A DNA stretch of 64,000 bases from Armatimonadota bacterium. GTDB lineage: Bacteria > Sysuimicrobiota > Sysuimicrobiia > Sysuimicrobiales > Humicultoraceae. A program made the translations under genes and the position numbers. The stretch spans positions 33,693 to 97,692 of the forward strand of contig JBBIOM010000001.1 of NCBI GenBank assembly GCA_037443365.1, in the 5' to 3' direction. The notes beneath the pieces were generated by a model that had not been told where the DNA came from, ran no database searches, and was given only the letters and a program-made list of their open reading frames with translations. Of the stretch, positions 17,787 through 26,598 are shown in pieces; position 1 is the first letter of the stretch, and each line of letters starts with the position of its first letter.

Positions 17787-18938
17787 ATGCGCTGGTTGAC
17801 TGCGTTGGTCGTGCTCGTTCTCGCAGGCTGTCTGGCAGTACCGGGCAACGCCCAGCAGAAGCTCAAGGCCGGGTTCGTGTACGTCGGCCCGATCGGCGAC
17901 TACGGCTGGACGCACGCCCACGACTTCGCGCGGAAGATCGCGGAGAAGAAGCTCCCCTGGTTGGAGACGATCTACGTCGAGAAGGTGCCCGAGGGCCAGA
18001 CCGAGTCGTTCATTGACAAGCTGATCCTGCAGGGCGCGCGGGTGATATTTACGACCAGCTTTGGGTTCATGGACGGAACGCTGGCCGCCGCCAAGCGTTA
18101 TCCCAACCACATCTTCGCGCACGCGTCGGGCTTCAAGCGCGCGCCCAACGTGGCGACCTACATGGCCGATTTCTACCAAGTGTACTACCTGAACGGCCTG
18201 ATGGCCGGCGCGGCGACCAAGAGCGGGAAGGTCGGCTATGTGGGCGCCTTCCCCATTCCCGAAGTGAAGCGCCACATGGGCGCGTTCGCACTGGGCGTCC
18301 GTGCGGTGAACCCCAAGGCCACCGTGCACGTCCGGTGGATCTACGAGTGGTTCAGCCCTACCGCGGCCAAGGAGGCCACCGAGGCCCTGATCGCCGAAGG
18401 GGTTGACGTGTTCGCCTTCACCGAGGACACGCCGACGGTCGTGCAGGTGGCGGCCAAGCGCGGCCTGCCCAGCTTTGGCCACTACTCGCCCATGCACAAG
18501 TTCGCCCCCAAGCACATGATCTCGGGTCAGCTCGTGCACTGGGACAAGATCTACGTGGACTTCCTGTCCAAGGTCTACGCCGGCAAGTACACCGCGGACA
18601 ACCTGGCCAAGGTGGACTACTGGTGGCTGCTGGCCGAGGGCGCCGTGGAGCTGGGCGGCGACTTCGGGGTACCCGTGAATCCCGCGTGGAAGGCCAGACT
18701 CCAGGCGGTCCGGGTGGCAACGCCCGACCTGGGCCGGCTCTCGGTCTACGACCTGGTCATGAAGCGGCTGGCCCAGATGTCGGATCCCAAGGTGACCTTC
18801 GAGCCCTTCACCGGCCCGATCAAGGATCGCAAGGGCGTCCTCCGGGTCCAGGCCGGAAAGCGCATGACCGTGGGAGAGCTCAACTCCATGGAGTGGGCGG
18901 CCCCGGGCATCGTGGGCCCCTGGCCCAAGGAGCCGTAG
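17787..18938 (+). CDS. BMP family purine/nucleoside-binding protein
   Basis: Motifs AGFVYVGPIGDYGWTHAH, TTSFGF, GAFPIPEV, WF.P..KEA. ATG 17787 behind AAGGAGG. Confidence 0.92.
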   Translation: MRWLTALVVLVLAGCLAVPGNAQQKLKAGFVYVGPIGDYGWTHAHDFARKIAEKKLPWLETIYVEKVPEGQTESFIDKLILQGARVIFTTSFGFMDGTLAAAKRYPNHIFAHASGFKRAPNVATYMADFYQVYYLNGLMAGAATKSGKVGYVGAFPIPEVKRHMGAFALGVRAVNPKATVHVRWIYEWFSPTAAKEATEALIAEGVDVFAFTEDTPTVVQVAAKRGLPSFGHYSPMHKFAPKHMISGQLVHWDKIYVDFLSKVYAGKYTADNLAKVDYWWLLAEGAVELGGDFGVPVNPAWKARLQAVRVATPDLGRLSVYDLVMKRLAQMSDPKVTFEPFTGPIKDRKGVLRVQAGKRMTVGELNSMEWAAPGIVGPWPKEP

Positions 18939-18960
18939 CCCTCTAGAGCACTCATCACAC

Positions 18961-19006
18961 CGCGCGGCGGGACGCTCGAGCACACGCTCGGGATGCCCGC
19001 CGCGCG
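18961..19006. terminator. Long hairpin between the convergent BMP gene and tRNA
   Basis: CGCGCGGCGGG (18961-18971) / CCCGCCGCGCG (18996-19006), with inner CTCGAGC/GCTCGGG. No U-tract. Confidence 0.5.
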
Positions 19007-19033
19007 ACCTGTTCGAGTTGGGGTCGGCCAATC

Positions 19034-19107
19034 TGGCTGGGGGAGGAGGATTCGAACCCCCGCTAACGGGTCCAGAGCCCGTCGTCCTACCGCTAGACGA
19101 TCCCCCA
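19034..19107 (-). tRNA. tRNA-Gln (anticodon CTG)
   Basis: TGGGGGA acceptor stem pairs with TCCCCCA, then G-CCA. Anticodon arm ACGGG-CTCTGGA-CCCGT. T loop GGTTCGAATCC. 74 nt. Confidence 0.97.
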
Positions 19108-19150
19108 GCATGCGGATGCCGCGGGAAGACCGCGGCGCTGCTCTTATTCG

Positions 19151-19180
19151 ATTATAGTAAAGGGCTCGAAACATGGTCAA
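19151..19180 (-). promoter_or_regulatory. Strong sigma-70/A promoter of tRNA-Gln
   Basis: TTGACC-18nt-TATAAT. Overlaps a weaker divergent TCGAAA-17-TATCCT facing glnS. Confidence 0.7.
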
Positions 19181-19211
19181 GCACGGTGTATCCTAGGACG
19201 CAGGTGCCATC

Positions 19212-20948
19212 GTGAGCAACGAGACTGGTATGCCTGCAAAGGAGCGGCGGGTCAGCCCGAACTTCATCACGGAGATCATTGATGAGGATCTCCGCCAGGG
19301 ACGCGTCGCCAAGATTATCACCCGATTCCCACCCGAGCCCAACGGCTACCTGCACATCGGGCACGCCAAGTCGATCTGCCTCAACTTTGGGCTCGCGCTC
19401 GACTACGACGGCGAGTGCAACCTGCGCTTCGATGACACCAATCCCGAGACCGAGGAAGTCGAGTACGTCGAGGCGATCAGGCGGGACGTGCAGTGGCTGG
19501 GCTTCCAGTGGGCAAGGGAGCTCTACGCCTCCGACTACTTCGAGCGCCTCTTCGCGATGGCGGTGCAGCTCATCCGGGACGGCGTGGCCTACGTTGACAG
19601 CCTGAGCGACGAGGAGATCGGAGCGTACCGGGGCAGCGTGGGCAAGCCCGGCAGGCCGAGCCCCTACCGCGACCGGGGCGTGGAGGAGAACCTGGACCTC
19701 TTCGAGCGCATGCGCTCCGGCGAGTTTCCAAACGGCGCCCACGTGCTGCGGGCCAAGATCGATCTCTCCAGCCCCAACATGAAGATGCGCGATCCGGTGC
19801 TCTACCGGATCGTGCACGCCGCGCACTACCGCAGGGGCGAGGCGTGGTGCATGTACCCTCTCTACGACTTCGCGCACCCTCTGTCGGACGCCATCGAGGG
19901 GATCTCGCACAGCATCTGCACGCTTGAGTTCGAGAACAACCGCGCGATCTACGACTGGCTCCTGGAGAACCTCCGTGGCAAGTGCGGTCTGCCCGAGTCA
20001 CCCCGTCCGCACCAGTACGAGTTCGCCCGGCTCAACCTGGACTACACGGTGCTCTCGAAGCGAAAGCTGATCCGGCTGGTGGAAGCAGGGCTCGTAGAGG
20101 GGTGGGACGATCCGCGCATGCCCACCATCTCGGGGCTGCGGCGGCGCGGGGTCAGGGCCTGTGCGATCCGGGAGTTCGCCAATCGCATCGGCGTGGCCAA
20201 GGCGAACAGCCGCGTGGACGTGGCGATCTTCGAGTCGGCCGTGCGCGACGACCTCAACTTCAGCGCCCCGCGCGTGCTCGCGGTGCTCAGGCCGCTTAAG
20301 GTCACGATCACCAACTTCCCCGAAGGTGAGGTCCGGCACCTCGATGCGCCCTACTGGCCACACGACGTTCCAAGGGAGGGCTCGAGGGTTGTGCCGTTCT
20401 CGCGAGACCTCTACATCGAGCGCGACGACTTCATGGAAGACCCGCCCAAGGGGTTCCACCGCCTGGCCCCGGGCGGCCTGGTGCGCCTGCGGCATGCCTA
20501 CGTGATACGCTGCGACGAGGTTGTGCGCGACGCCTCGGGTGAGGTCGCGGACCTGCGTTGCACGTACGATCCAGAGACACTGGGCCAGCGGCCCGCAGGC
20601 GGCCCGGTTCGGGGCGCCATCCACTGGGTGTCCGTCCCGCACGCGGTAGGGATCGAGGCGCGCCTCTACGACCGCCTGTTCCGCGTGCCCGACCCCGAGG
20701 CGGCCGGGGGCGAGTTCACGGACCACCTGAACCCCGAGTCGCTGACAGTCACCCGCGGCTGCATCGAGCCCAGCGTGATGGATGATCCCCCGGATACGCG
20801 GTACCAGTTCGAGCGCCTGGGCTACTTCTGGCAGGACCCGGTTGACTCGGGGCCCGGACGCCTGGTCTTCAACCGAATAGTGGCGCTGCGCGACTCCTGG
20901 GCGAAAGCAAGGGAAAGGCTCGGGGCAGGGCAGGGGCGCGCAGGCTAA
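19212..20948 (+). CDS. glnS: Glutamine--tRNA ligase
   Basis: Motifs [63 protein letters not shown]. Confidence 0.97.
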   Translation: MSNETGMPAKERRVSPNFITEIIDEDLRQGRVAKIITRFPPEPNGYLHIGHAKSICLNFGLALDYDGECNLRFDDTNPETEEVEYVEAIRRDVQWLGFQWARELYASDYFERLFAMAVQLIRDGVAYVDSLSDEEIGAYRGSVGKPGRPSPYRDRGVEENLDLFERMRSGEFPNGAHVLRAKIDLSSPNMKMRDPVLYRIVHAAHYRRGEAWCMYPLYDFAHPLSDAIEGISHSICTLEFENNRAIYDWLLENLRGKCGLPESPRPHQYEFARLNLDYTVLSKRKLIRLVEAGLVEGWDDPRMPTISGLRRRGVRACAIREFANRIGVAKANSRVDVAIFESAVRDDLNFSAPRVLAVLRPLKVTITNFPEGEVRHLDAPYWPHDVPREGSRVVPFSRDLYIERDDFMEDPPKGFHRLAPGGLVRLRHAYVIRCDEVVRDASGEVADLRCTYDPETLGQRPAGGPVRGAIHWVSVPHAVGIEARLYDRLFRVPDPEAAGGEFTDHLNPESLTVTRGCIEPSVMDDPPDTRYQFERLGYFWQDPVDSGPGRLVFNRIVALRDSWAKARERLGAGQGRAG

Positions 20949-21403
20949 CCCTCCAACCCCAGGTGGCGCCGGCACGCCTGGATGAATCCCAGCCACACGT
21001 CATCGAGATCCCAGAAGCGCCGGGCGTGCGCGTCCGCCTGCTCCACGGTCCAACCGAGGCGCGCCTGACCGTACAGCGCCACGAAGCTCGACACCCGGTA
21101 GTTGGCCGCGCAGTGTACGAACCTCTTCTTGGTCCTGCAGCGATCCATCAGGTCTATGAACCGCAGGAAGTCTTCTACCGCCGGGGCGTCGAACTTCACA
21201 GGGATCGCGTGGTACTCCAGCCCAAGCGCCCCTACCAAACCGGCCTCGTCCGGAAGGCAGTACCTGGGATCCAGGAGCCCCAGGTTCACCACCACCTCAT
21301 AGCCGGATGCGGCCACCACGCGTAGCTGATCCTCGGTGGGCTGGCCCGCGGTGCCCAGGCGCTCGTCAACCAGGTAGAAGTTCTTGATATCCTCGACCGT
21401 CAT
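20945..21403 (-). CDS. Protein-tyrosine-phosphatase-like (BLH/DUF442-type) protein
   Basis: Motifs [25 protein letters not shown]. Confidence 0.8.
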   Translation of the reverse strand: MTVEDIKNFYLVDERLGTAGQPTEDQLRVVAASGYEVVVNLGLLDPRYCLPDEAGLVGALGLEYHAIPVKFDAPAVEDFLRFIDLMDRCRTKKRFVHCAANYRVSSFVALYGQARLGWTVEQADAHARRFWDLDDVWLGFIQACRRHLGLEG

Positions 21404-21423
21404 CCTCGCCCCGTGCCTCCCAG

Positions 21424-22650
21424 CTACTCGTACACCTTCTCCTCGGTTCGATCCGCCTCAGCGGCGTCCGCCTCGACGTCCCGCCCGGGGGCGGGTAGTC
21501 CCAGTTCCTTGAAGTACTCGTGCTGGATCACCAGGTTCATGACCTCGTTTGTGCCGGTCCATATCATGGCCAGGCGCGTGTCGCGCAGCAGCCGCTCAAT
21601 GGGATAGACGCTGGTGTAGCCTATGCCGCCCATGATCTGCATGGCATGATTCACCACCTCCCATGCGGTGTCGGTGGCGAACTTCTTGGACTCGGACACG
21701 AGCCGGCGCAGGTAGCCCGGATCAGCGCCGGCGTCAACGGCGTGCGCGGTCGCATGCACGAGTGCCCGAGCGGCATCCAGGCGCGTGAGGGCGTCAGCCA
21801 CCTTGAAGCTGACTCCCTGGAAGGTACGGATCTTCTGGCCGAAGGCCTTCCGCTGACCGCTGTACCGGGCCGCGATCTCCAGGGCCGCCCTGGCCGTGCC
21901 CAGTACGCCCGCGGCGCTCGTCAGGCGCTCGGGGATCATCATCCGGTAGAAGACGTCGGCTCCACGGTTCTCCTCGCCGACCACGTTCTGCGCTGGGACC
22001 ACCGCGTCACGGAAGTAGACGCGCCCGGCGCCGCCGCCGCGCGTGCCCATCAGGCCGTAGACATGCTGGACCTCCACGCCGGGCCCGCGCTCAACAATGA
22101 AGGCTGTCAGCGACTGATGGCCAGGGGCGTCGTCGCGTGTGCGCGCGTACACCAGGAAGTAGTCGGCGCCTTCCGCGCCGACTATGAATCGCTTCTGCCC
22201 CCGCAGAATGAAGGCGTCTCCGTCACGCCGGGCACTGGTCGTGGCCCCGAAGAAGTCGGAGCCGCCCCGGGGCTCGGTCAATGCCTCTGCCACGGTCAGC
22301 CGGGCCTCGATGGCCGGGCGGAGCCAGCGTGCCTTCTGGGCGGGCGAGCCGAAGACGCTCAGGGCCTCGCCCACTATGCTGACGAGCGAGTACAGGCACG
22401 AAAGCGACCCTCCCAGGACGCCCATCTCCTCCAGCGCCACCACCTCTTCTGCCCAGCCCAGGCCGCGCCCCCCAAACTCCTCAGGAAAGCGCAGGCCCAG
22501 CAGGCGGCGCCGCGCCGCGGCTTCCAGGAATCCCCTTGGATAGTGGACGCGCTCGGCGTCCATGTCCAGGATGAGCTGCCTGGGCACGTCGTCGCGCACG
22601 AAGGAACGGGCCTCGTCACGCAGTTGCTGCTGGCGTTCCGACAGCACCAT
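21424..22650 (-). CDS. Acyl-CoA dehydrogenase family protein
   Basis: Motifs [47 protein letters not shown]. Confidence 0.92.
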   Translation of the reverse strand: MVLSERQQQLRDEARSFVRDDVPRQLILDMDAERVHYPRGFLEAAARRRLLGLRFPEEFGGRGLGWAEEVVALEEMGVLGGSLSCLYSLVSIVGEALSVFGSPAQKARWLRPAIEARLTVAEALTEPRGGSDFFGATTSARRDGDAFILRGQKRFIVGAEGADYFLVYARTRDDAPGHQSLTAFIVERGPGVEVQHVYGLMGTRGGGAGRVYFRDAVVPAQNVVGEENRGADVFYRMMIPERLTSAAGVLGTARAALEIAARYSGQRKAFGQKIRTFQGVSFKVADALTRLDAARALVHATAHAVDAGADPGYLRRLVSESKKFATDTAWEVVNHAMQIMGGIGYTSVYPIERLLRDTRLAMIWTGTNEVMNLVIQHEYFKELGLPAPGRDVEADAAEADRTEEKVYE

Positions 22651-22661
22651 GGCGCCCTCTC

Positions 22662-24152
22662 CTATCCGGCCCCTGCGCCCGAGCCTCCCGCCGCCAGGAC
22701 GGCGGCGCGACGCAACCGCTCGAGGGCACGTTCACGTCCCAGGACTTCCATCAACTCAAAGAGACCCGGGCCTGCGGTCCTTCCTGTGAGAGCCACGCGC
22801 GCGGGATGCACGAGGGCCCGGGCTTCCACACCCGCGTCCGCACAGACCCCGCGGAGCACAGCCTCGATCGGGCCGCGGTCAAACGGCTCCAGGCCTTCCA
22901 GCCCCGCGGCCAGGGCCTCCAGCAGCGGGGCCGAGGCGGGCTGCAGGTGACGTGACGCGGCCTCGGGATCGTAGACGGGCTCGCGGAAGAAATAGTCGCC
23001 GTAGATCATGACATCGCCGGCGGTCTTCAGCCGGTCCCCTACCACCCCGACCACCTGCCCCAGGTACTGCCGCTGCTGCGATGTCATCCCACCCGCAAGC
23101 AGCCCCTCGCGCTCCAGGATGCGGGCGCACATCTCGACGACGCGGTTGCGGTCGTTCTCCACAAGCCGGCGCATGTACACGCCGTTCAGCCAGGTCAGCT
23201 TGTCGAGGTCGAAGATCGGCGAGGAACGACCCACGTCCTCGAGCCGAAAACCCTGGATCAGCTCCCCCAGCGCGTATACCTCGCGCTCCGCCTCGGGATG
23301 CCAGGCCATGAGCGCGAAGAAGTTCAGGATAGCCTCGGGCAGGAATCCCTGGCTGCGGTAGTCGCGCACGGCGGTGTCGCCGTGGCGCTTGCTGAGCTTC
23401 TTGCGGTCTGCGCCCAGGATCGTGGGCAGGTGCGCCACGGCCGGCGGCGTCCAGCCCAGGGCACGGTACATCACGAGCTGCTTGGGCGTGTTCGAGAGAT
23501 GCTCGCTGCCGCGGATGATGTGCGTGATCTGCATGAGGTGGTCGTCCACCACGTTCGCGAAGTTGTACAGCGGCGTGCCGTCCGAGCGGGCAATGATGTA
23601 GTCGTCGAGGTGCTCGGGCTCGAAGACCACGCGCCCGCGCACCAGGTCGTCCACGACTATGGGCTCACTCGACCCGGTCACCCGCAGCCGCAGCGAAGGC
23701 CGGCGTCCCGACGCCTCAAGGGCCGTGCGCTCGGACGGCATGCGATCGCGGCACCTGCCCGAGTAGCGGTGGGATCGTCCCGCAGACGAAGCCCGCGCTC
23801 GATCGGACTCCAACTCCTCGGGCGTGCAGTAGCAGGGATAGGCCGCGTCGCGGTCCAGCAGCGCCTGCGCGTAGCGCGCGTAGAGCGCCGTGCGCTCGGT
23901 CTGCCGGTAGGGCCCCAGGGGGCCTCCCACGTCAGGACCCTCGTCCCAGGTTATCCCCAGCCAGCCGAAGTCCGCGAAGATCGAATCCTCGTACTCCTGG
24001 GTGGAGCGCGTCCGGTCGGTGTCCTCCACCCTGAGAATGAACACCCCGCGGTGATTGCGGGCGTGCAGCCAGTTGAAGAACGCCATCCACGCCCCGCCCA
24101 TGTGCAGATAGCCGGTAGGGGACGGTGCGTAGCGCGTGCGGATCTGGGGCAT
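22662..24152 (-). CDS. gltX: Glutamate--tRNA ligase
   Basis: Motifs [38 protein letters not shown]. Start moved to ATG 24152. Confidence 0.96.
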   Translation of the reverse strand: MPQIRTRYAPSPTGYLHMGGAWMAFFNWLHARNHRGVFILRVEDTDRTRSTQEYEDSIFADFGWLGITWDEGPDVGGPLGPYRQTERTALYARYAQALLDRDAAYPCYCTPEELESDRARASSAGRSHRYSGRCRDRMPSERTALEASGRRPSLRLRVTGSSEPIVVDDLVRGRVVFEPEHLDDYIIARSDGTPLYNFANVVDDHLMQITHIIRGSEHLSNTPKQLVMYRALGWTPPAVAHLPTILGADRKKLSKRHGDTAVRDYRSQGFLPEAILNFFALMAWHPEAEREVYALGELIQGFRLEDVGRSSPIFDLDKLTWLNGVYMRRLVENDRNRVVEMCARILEREGLLAGGMTSQQRQYLGQVVGVVGDRLKTAGDVMIYGDYFFREPVYDPEAASRHLQPASAPLLEALAAGLEGLEPFDRGPIEAVLRGVCADAGVEARALVHPARVALTGRTAGPGLFELMEVLGRERALERLRRAAVLAAGGSGAGAG

Positions 24153-24159
24153 GCCGGAA

Positions 24160-25113
24160 TCAGACGAACAGCAAACTGACGGATTGGTTGAGGTGGATGC
24201 GGCGAATCGCCTCGGCAAGAAGGGGTGCGGCCGAGAGCAGGGTGACCTTCGCGGGCGCCCCGCCCACAGGCAGCGGGATGGTGTTGGTGACGATCACCTC
24301 GCGGATCTCGGGCCGGGACAGGCGCTCGAACGCGGGACCCGCAAAGACAGGGTGGGTCGCGCACACGTGGATCTCGGGCACGCATCCCTGTGCGAGCAGC
24401 ACGTCCATGGCCCGGTCCACCGTTCCGGCCGTGTCAATGATGTCCTCAATGAGTATCGGCGTCCTGCCCTGCACGTCGCCGACCACCTGTATCGGCTCCT
24501 TGGCGTCCGCGCCGACGCGCCGCTGGAAGATCACGGCAAGGGGCAGGTTGAGCCGGTCGGCGAGCTGCTTGCTACGACGCACCGCGCCGTCGTCAGGGGC
24601 CACGACCACACCGTTCGTCAGGCTCTTGCGTGCCAGGTAGTCGGCGAACAGGGGAAGCGCCCGAAGGTGGTCCACCGGGATCGTGAAGAAGCCCTCGATC
24701 TGGCCGGCGTGGAGATCAACGGTCAAGACCCGGCTGACCCCCGCCGTTGTCAGCAGGTCGGCCACGAGGCGTCCGGTGATCGGCTCGCGGGGCGCGTCCT
24801 TCTTGTCCTTGCGGCCGTAGCCGTAGTAGGGAATCACGGCGGTGATGCGGCCGGCCGACGCGCGGCGGAGCGCGTCCACCATGATCAGGAGCTCCATCAG
24901 GTGCTCGTTGACCGGGTGGCACGTGGACTGCACGACGAAGGCGTCCTCGCCGCGCGCGTTCTCCTCGAAGCGGCAGTAGACCTCGCCGTCGGCGAAGCGC
25001 GTCAGCATCACCTGTCCCTGCGGGATGGACAGGTAACCGGCTATCTCTCGGGCCAGGCTGGGCACCGAGCTTCCGCAGAAGAGCTTCAGTTTCGCCAGAT
25101 CGGCATCTTCCAT
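24160..25113 (-). CDS. prs: Ribose-phosphate pyrophosphokinase family protein (atypical catalytic loop)
   Basis: Motifs FADGE, LMELLIMVDALRRASA, PYYGY, DLHAGQIEGFF, EDIIDTAGT. KRR motif reads QRR. Confidence 0.88.
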   Translation of the reverse strand: MEDADLAKLKLFCGSSVPSLAREIAGYLSIPQGQVMLTRFADGEVYCRFEENARGEDAFVVQSTCHPVNEHLMELLIMVDALRRASAGRITAVIPYYGYGRKDKKDAPREPITGRLVADLLTTAGVSRVLTVDLHAGQIEGFFTIPVDHLRALPLFADYLARKSLTNGVVVAPDDGAVRRSKQLADRLNLPLAVIFQRRVGADAKEPIQVVGDVQGRTPILIEDIIDTAGTVDRAMDVLLAQGCVPEIHVCATHPVFAGPAFERLSRPEIREVIVTNTIPLPVGGAPAKVTLLSAAPLLAEAIRRIHLNQSVSLLFV

Positions 25114-25122
25114 TGACGCCGG

Positions 25123-25386
25123 CTACCGCGGCTCCACGAGGAACTTGATCGCCGTCCGTTCCTCCCCGTCTATCATGACCTTCGCAAAGGCCGGGATGGC
25201 CACGAGATCTATCCCGTTGGGAGCGACATACCCCCGGGAGATGGCGATCGCCTTGACCGCCTGGTTCACCGCGCCCGCGCCAATGGCCTGTATCTCAACC
25301 GAGCCCTTCTCGCGCACAACCGCGGCCATTGCGCCGGCCACTGCCTTGGGCTTGGAATCGGCGGAGACCTTGAGCACCTCCGGCAT
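25123..25386 (-). CDS. spoVS: Stage V sporulation protein S family
   Basis: EVLKVS..SKP.AVAGA, QAIGAGAVNQAVKAIAI.RG, PAF..V.IDGEERTAIK. Confidence 0.96.
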   Translation of the reverse strand: MPEVLKVSADSKPKAVAGAMAAVVREKGSVEIQAIGAGAVNQAVKAIAISRGYVAPNGIDLVAIPAFAKVMIDGEERTAIKFLVEPR

Positions 25387-25450
25387 GGTGGAAGGCGCCT
25401 CCTCGAATGCAGCGATGAGAGCGTGCGTCGTCAGTTGGTTCTGGAGGGCT

Positions 25451-25478
25451 ATTCCGTTCGCCGCACCGGAACTCCTGC
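25451..25478 (-). promoter_or_regulatory. Sigma-H-like promoter of spoVS
   Basis: GCAGGA-GTTCCGGTGCGGCGAACG(18)-GAAT. spoVS is a known sigma-H target in Bacillus subtilis. Confidence 0.68.
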
Positions 25479-25503
25479 CTGATGCATACGCGCCGGATCC
25501 GGC

Positions 25504-26598
25504 TCAGGCAGGGGCTGACAGGAGCAGCGCTGCCACCCGGCCGATGCTGGCAGATGCAGCCGCTGCCAGGTCCGCGGCGGCCGCTCTCTGGCGCAGGCGT
25601 GCTTCGGCGCGCGAGCGCCAGGCGGCGGCGAGCGCCGCCTCGATCTCCTGCTCTGTGGCGCTCAGACCAAGCGGTGCAGGCAGGCCCGCCCTGGCGGCGA
25701 AGGCGGTCACCTTGGGATCGTAGGCCAGGGCCAACGCGGGCACGCCCTGCATCGTTGCGAAGATGAGGGCGTGCAGGCGCACGCCCAGCACCAGGTCCAT
25801 GGCTCCCACGAGGCCGAGCAGGTCCTGCGGGGATGAGGCCGGCACGACGCGCCCGCCCGAGGCCGAAGCCAGGGCACGGCTGATTTCCATGTCGCGGGCG
25901 TGGTCAAACGGCAGGACGGCGATCCGTGCGCCGTGCGTCGCGGCAAAGCGCCTCAGGCCCCGGCCGATGCCGGAGACATCTACCAGGCCCTTCCAGGGGC
26001 GCACGACCGCTCCCAGGCGCGGGCCTGGGGCGGCCAGGCCGGAAGCGGCCAGCAGCTCCTCCGCGTGCCCTGGCGGCGGAGCAGGCATCAGCGCGGCCAG
26101 ATCGGCCCCCACGTCCACCCTGCGGCTCACCCCCATCGCCCGCAGTTCTGCGGCCGAGGCAGGATCGCGCACATCGATCGCCTGGGCCCGCTCGAACGCG
26201 GCGGCAGCCAGATACCTCACCCACGCCCGCCTGACCGGGCCGATCCCCTGCCCCACGACCACGAGCGGAACCCGGCGCAGTGAAGCCGCGAACATCACGC
26301 CGACGTAGTAGAGGGCGCTGCGCGCGCTGGTCGCATCCTGGACCAAGGATCCGCCTCCACTGATCAGCATGCGCGCGTCCCCGAGCGCCTGCCAGACGGC
26401 AAGCGGGGTGCGCGGGCGCGCCTCCACGCCGTGCAGCGCCGCGGTCCCGGCCGGATCGGCGGAGAGCACGACCAGACGCTGGGCGGCTCCGGCAGCCCGC
26501 AGCCCGACGATCAGCCCGGACAGGACGGCCTCGTCGCCCAGGTTGCCGCAGCCGTAGTAGCCGAGAACTAGGACCGGACCGGTCGCCGCGACAGCCAG
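25504..26598 (-). CDS. csaB: Polysaccharide pyruvyl transferase CsaB (start uncertain)
   Basis: Motifs LGYYGCGNLGDEA, SGGGSLVQDATS, GQGIGP, VRD, GVRLHALIFA, YDPKV. Nearest starts are CTG 26598 or GTG 26664. Confidence 0.88.
   Translation of the reverse strand: MAVAATGPVLVLGYYGCGNLGDEAVLSGLIVGLRAAGAAQRLVVLSADPAGTAALHGVEARPRTPLAVWQALGDARMLISGGGSLVQDATSARSALYYVGVMFAASLRRVPLVVVGQGIGPVRRAWVRYLAAAAFERAQAIDVRDPASAAELRAMGVSRRVDVGADLAALMPAPPPGHAEELLAASGLAAPGPRLGAVVRPWKGLVDVSGIGRGLRRFAATHGARIAVLPFDHARDMEISRALASASGGRVVPASSPQDLLGLVGAMDLVLGVRLHALIFATMQGVPALALAYDPKVTAFAARAGLPAPLGLSATEQEIEAALAAAWRSRAEARLRQRAAAADLAAAASASIGRVAALLLSAPA

Noticed and set aside
17787-17860. LAGC lipobox in the BMP signal peptide
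   Set aside because: Hydrophobic residues continue to a GNA-Q signal peptidase I-like site, so lipidation cannot be called by eye.
18939-21403. Genomic island integrated at tRNA-Gln
   Set aside because: No integrase and no duplicated tRNA 3' end seen; flanking genes are metabolic.
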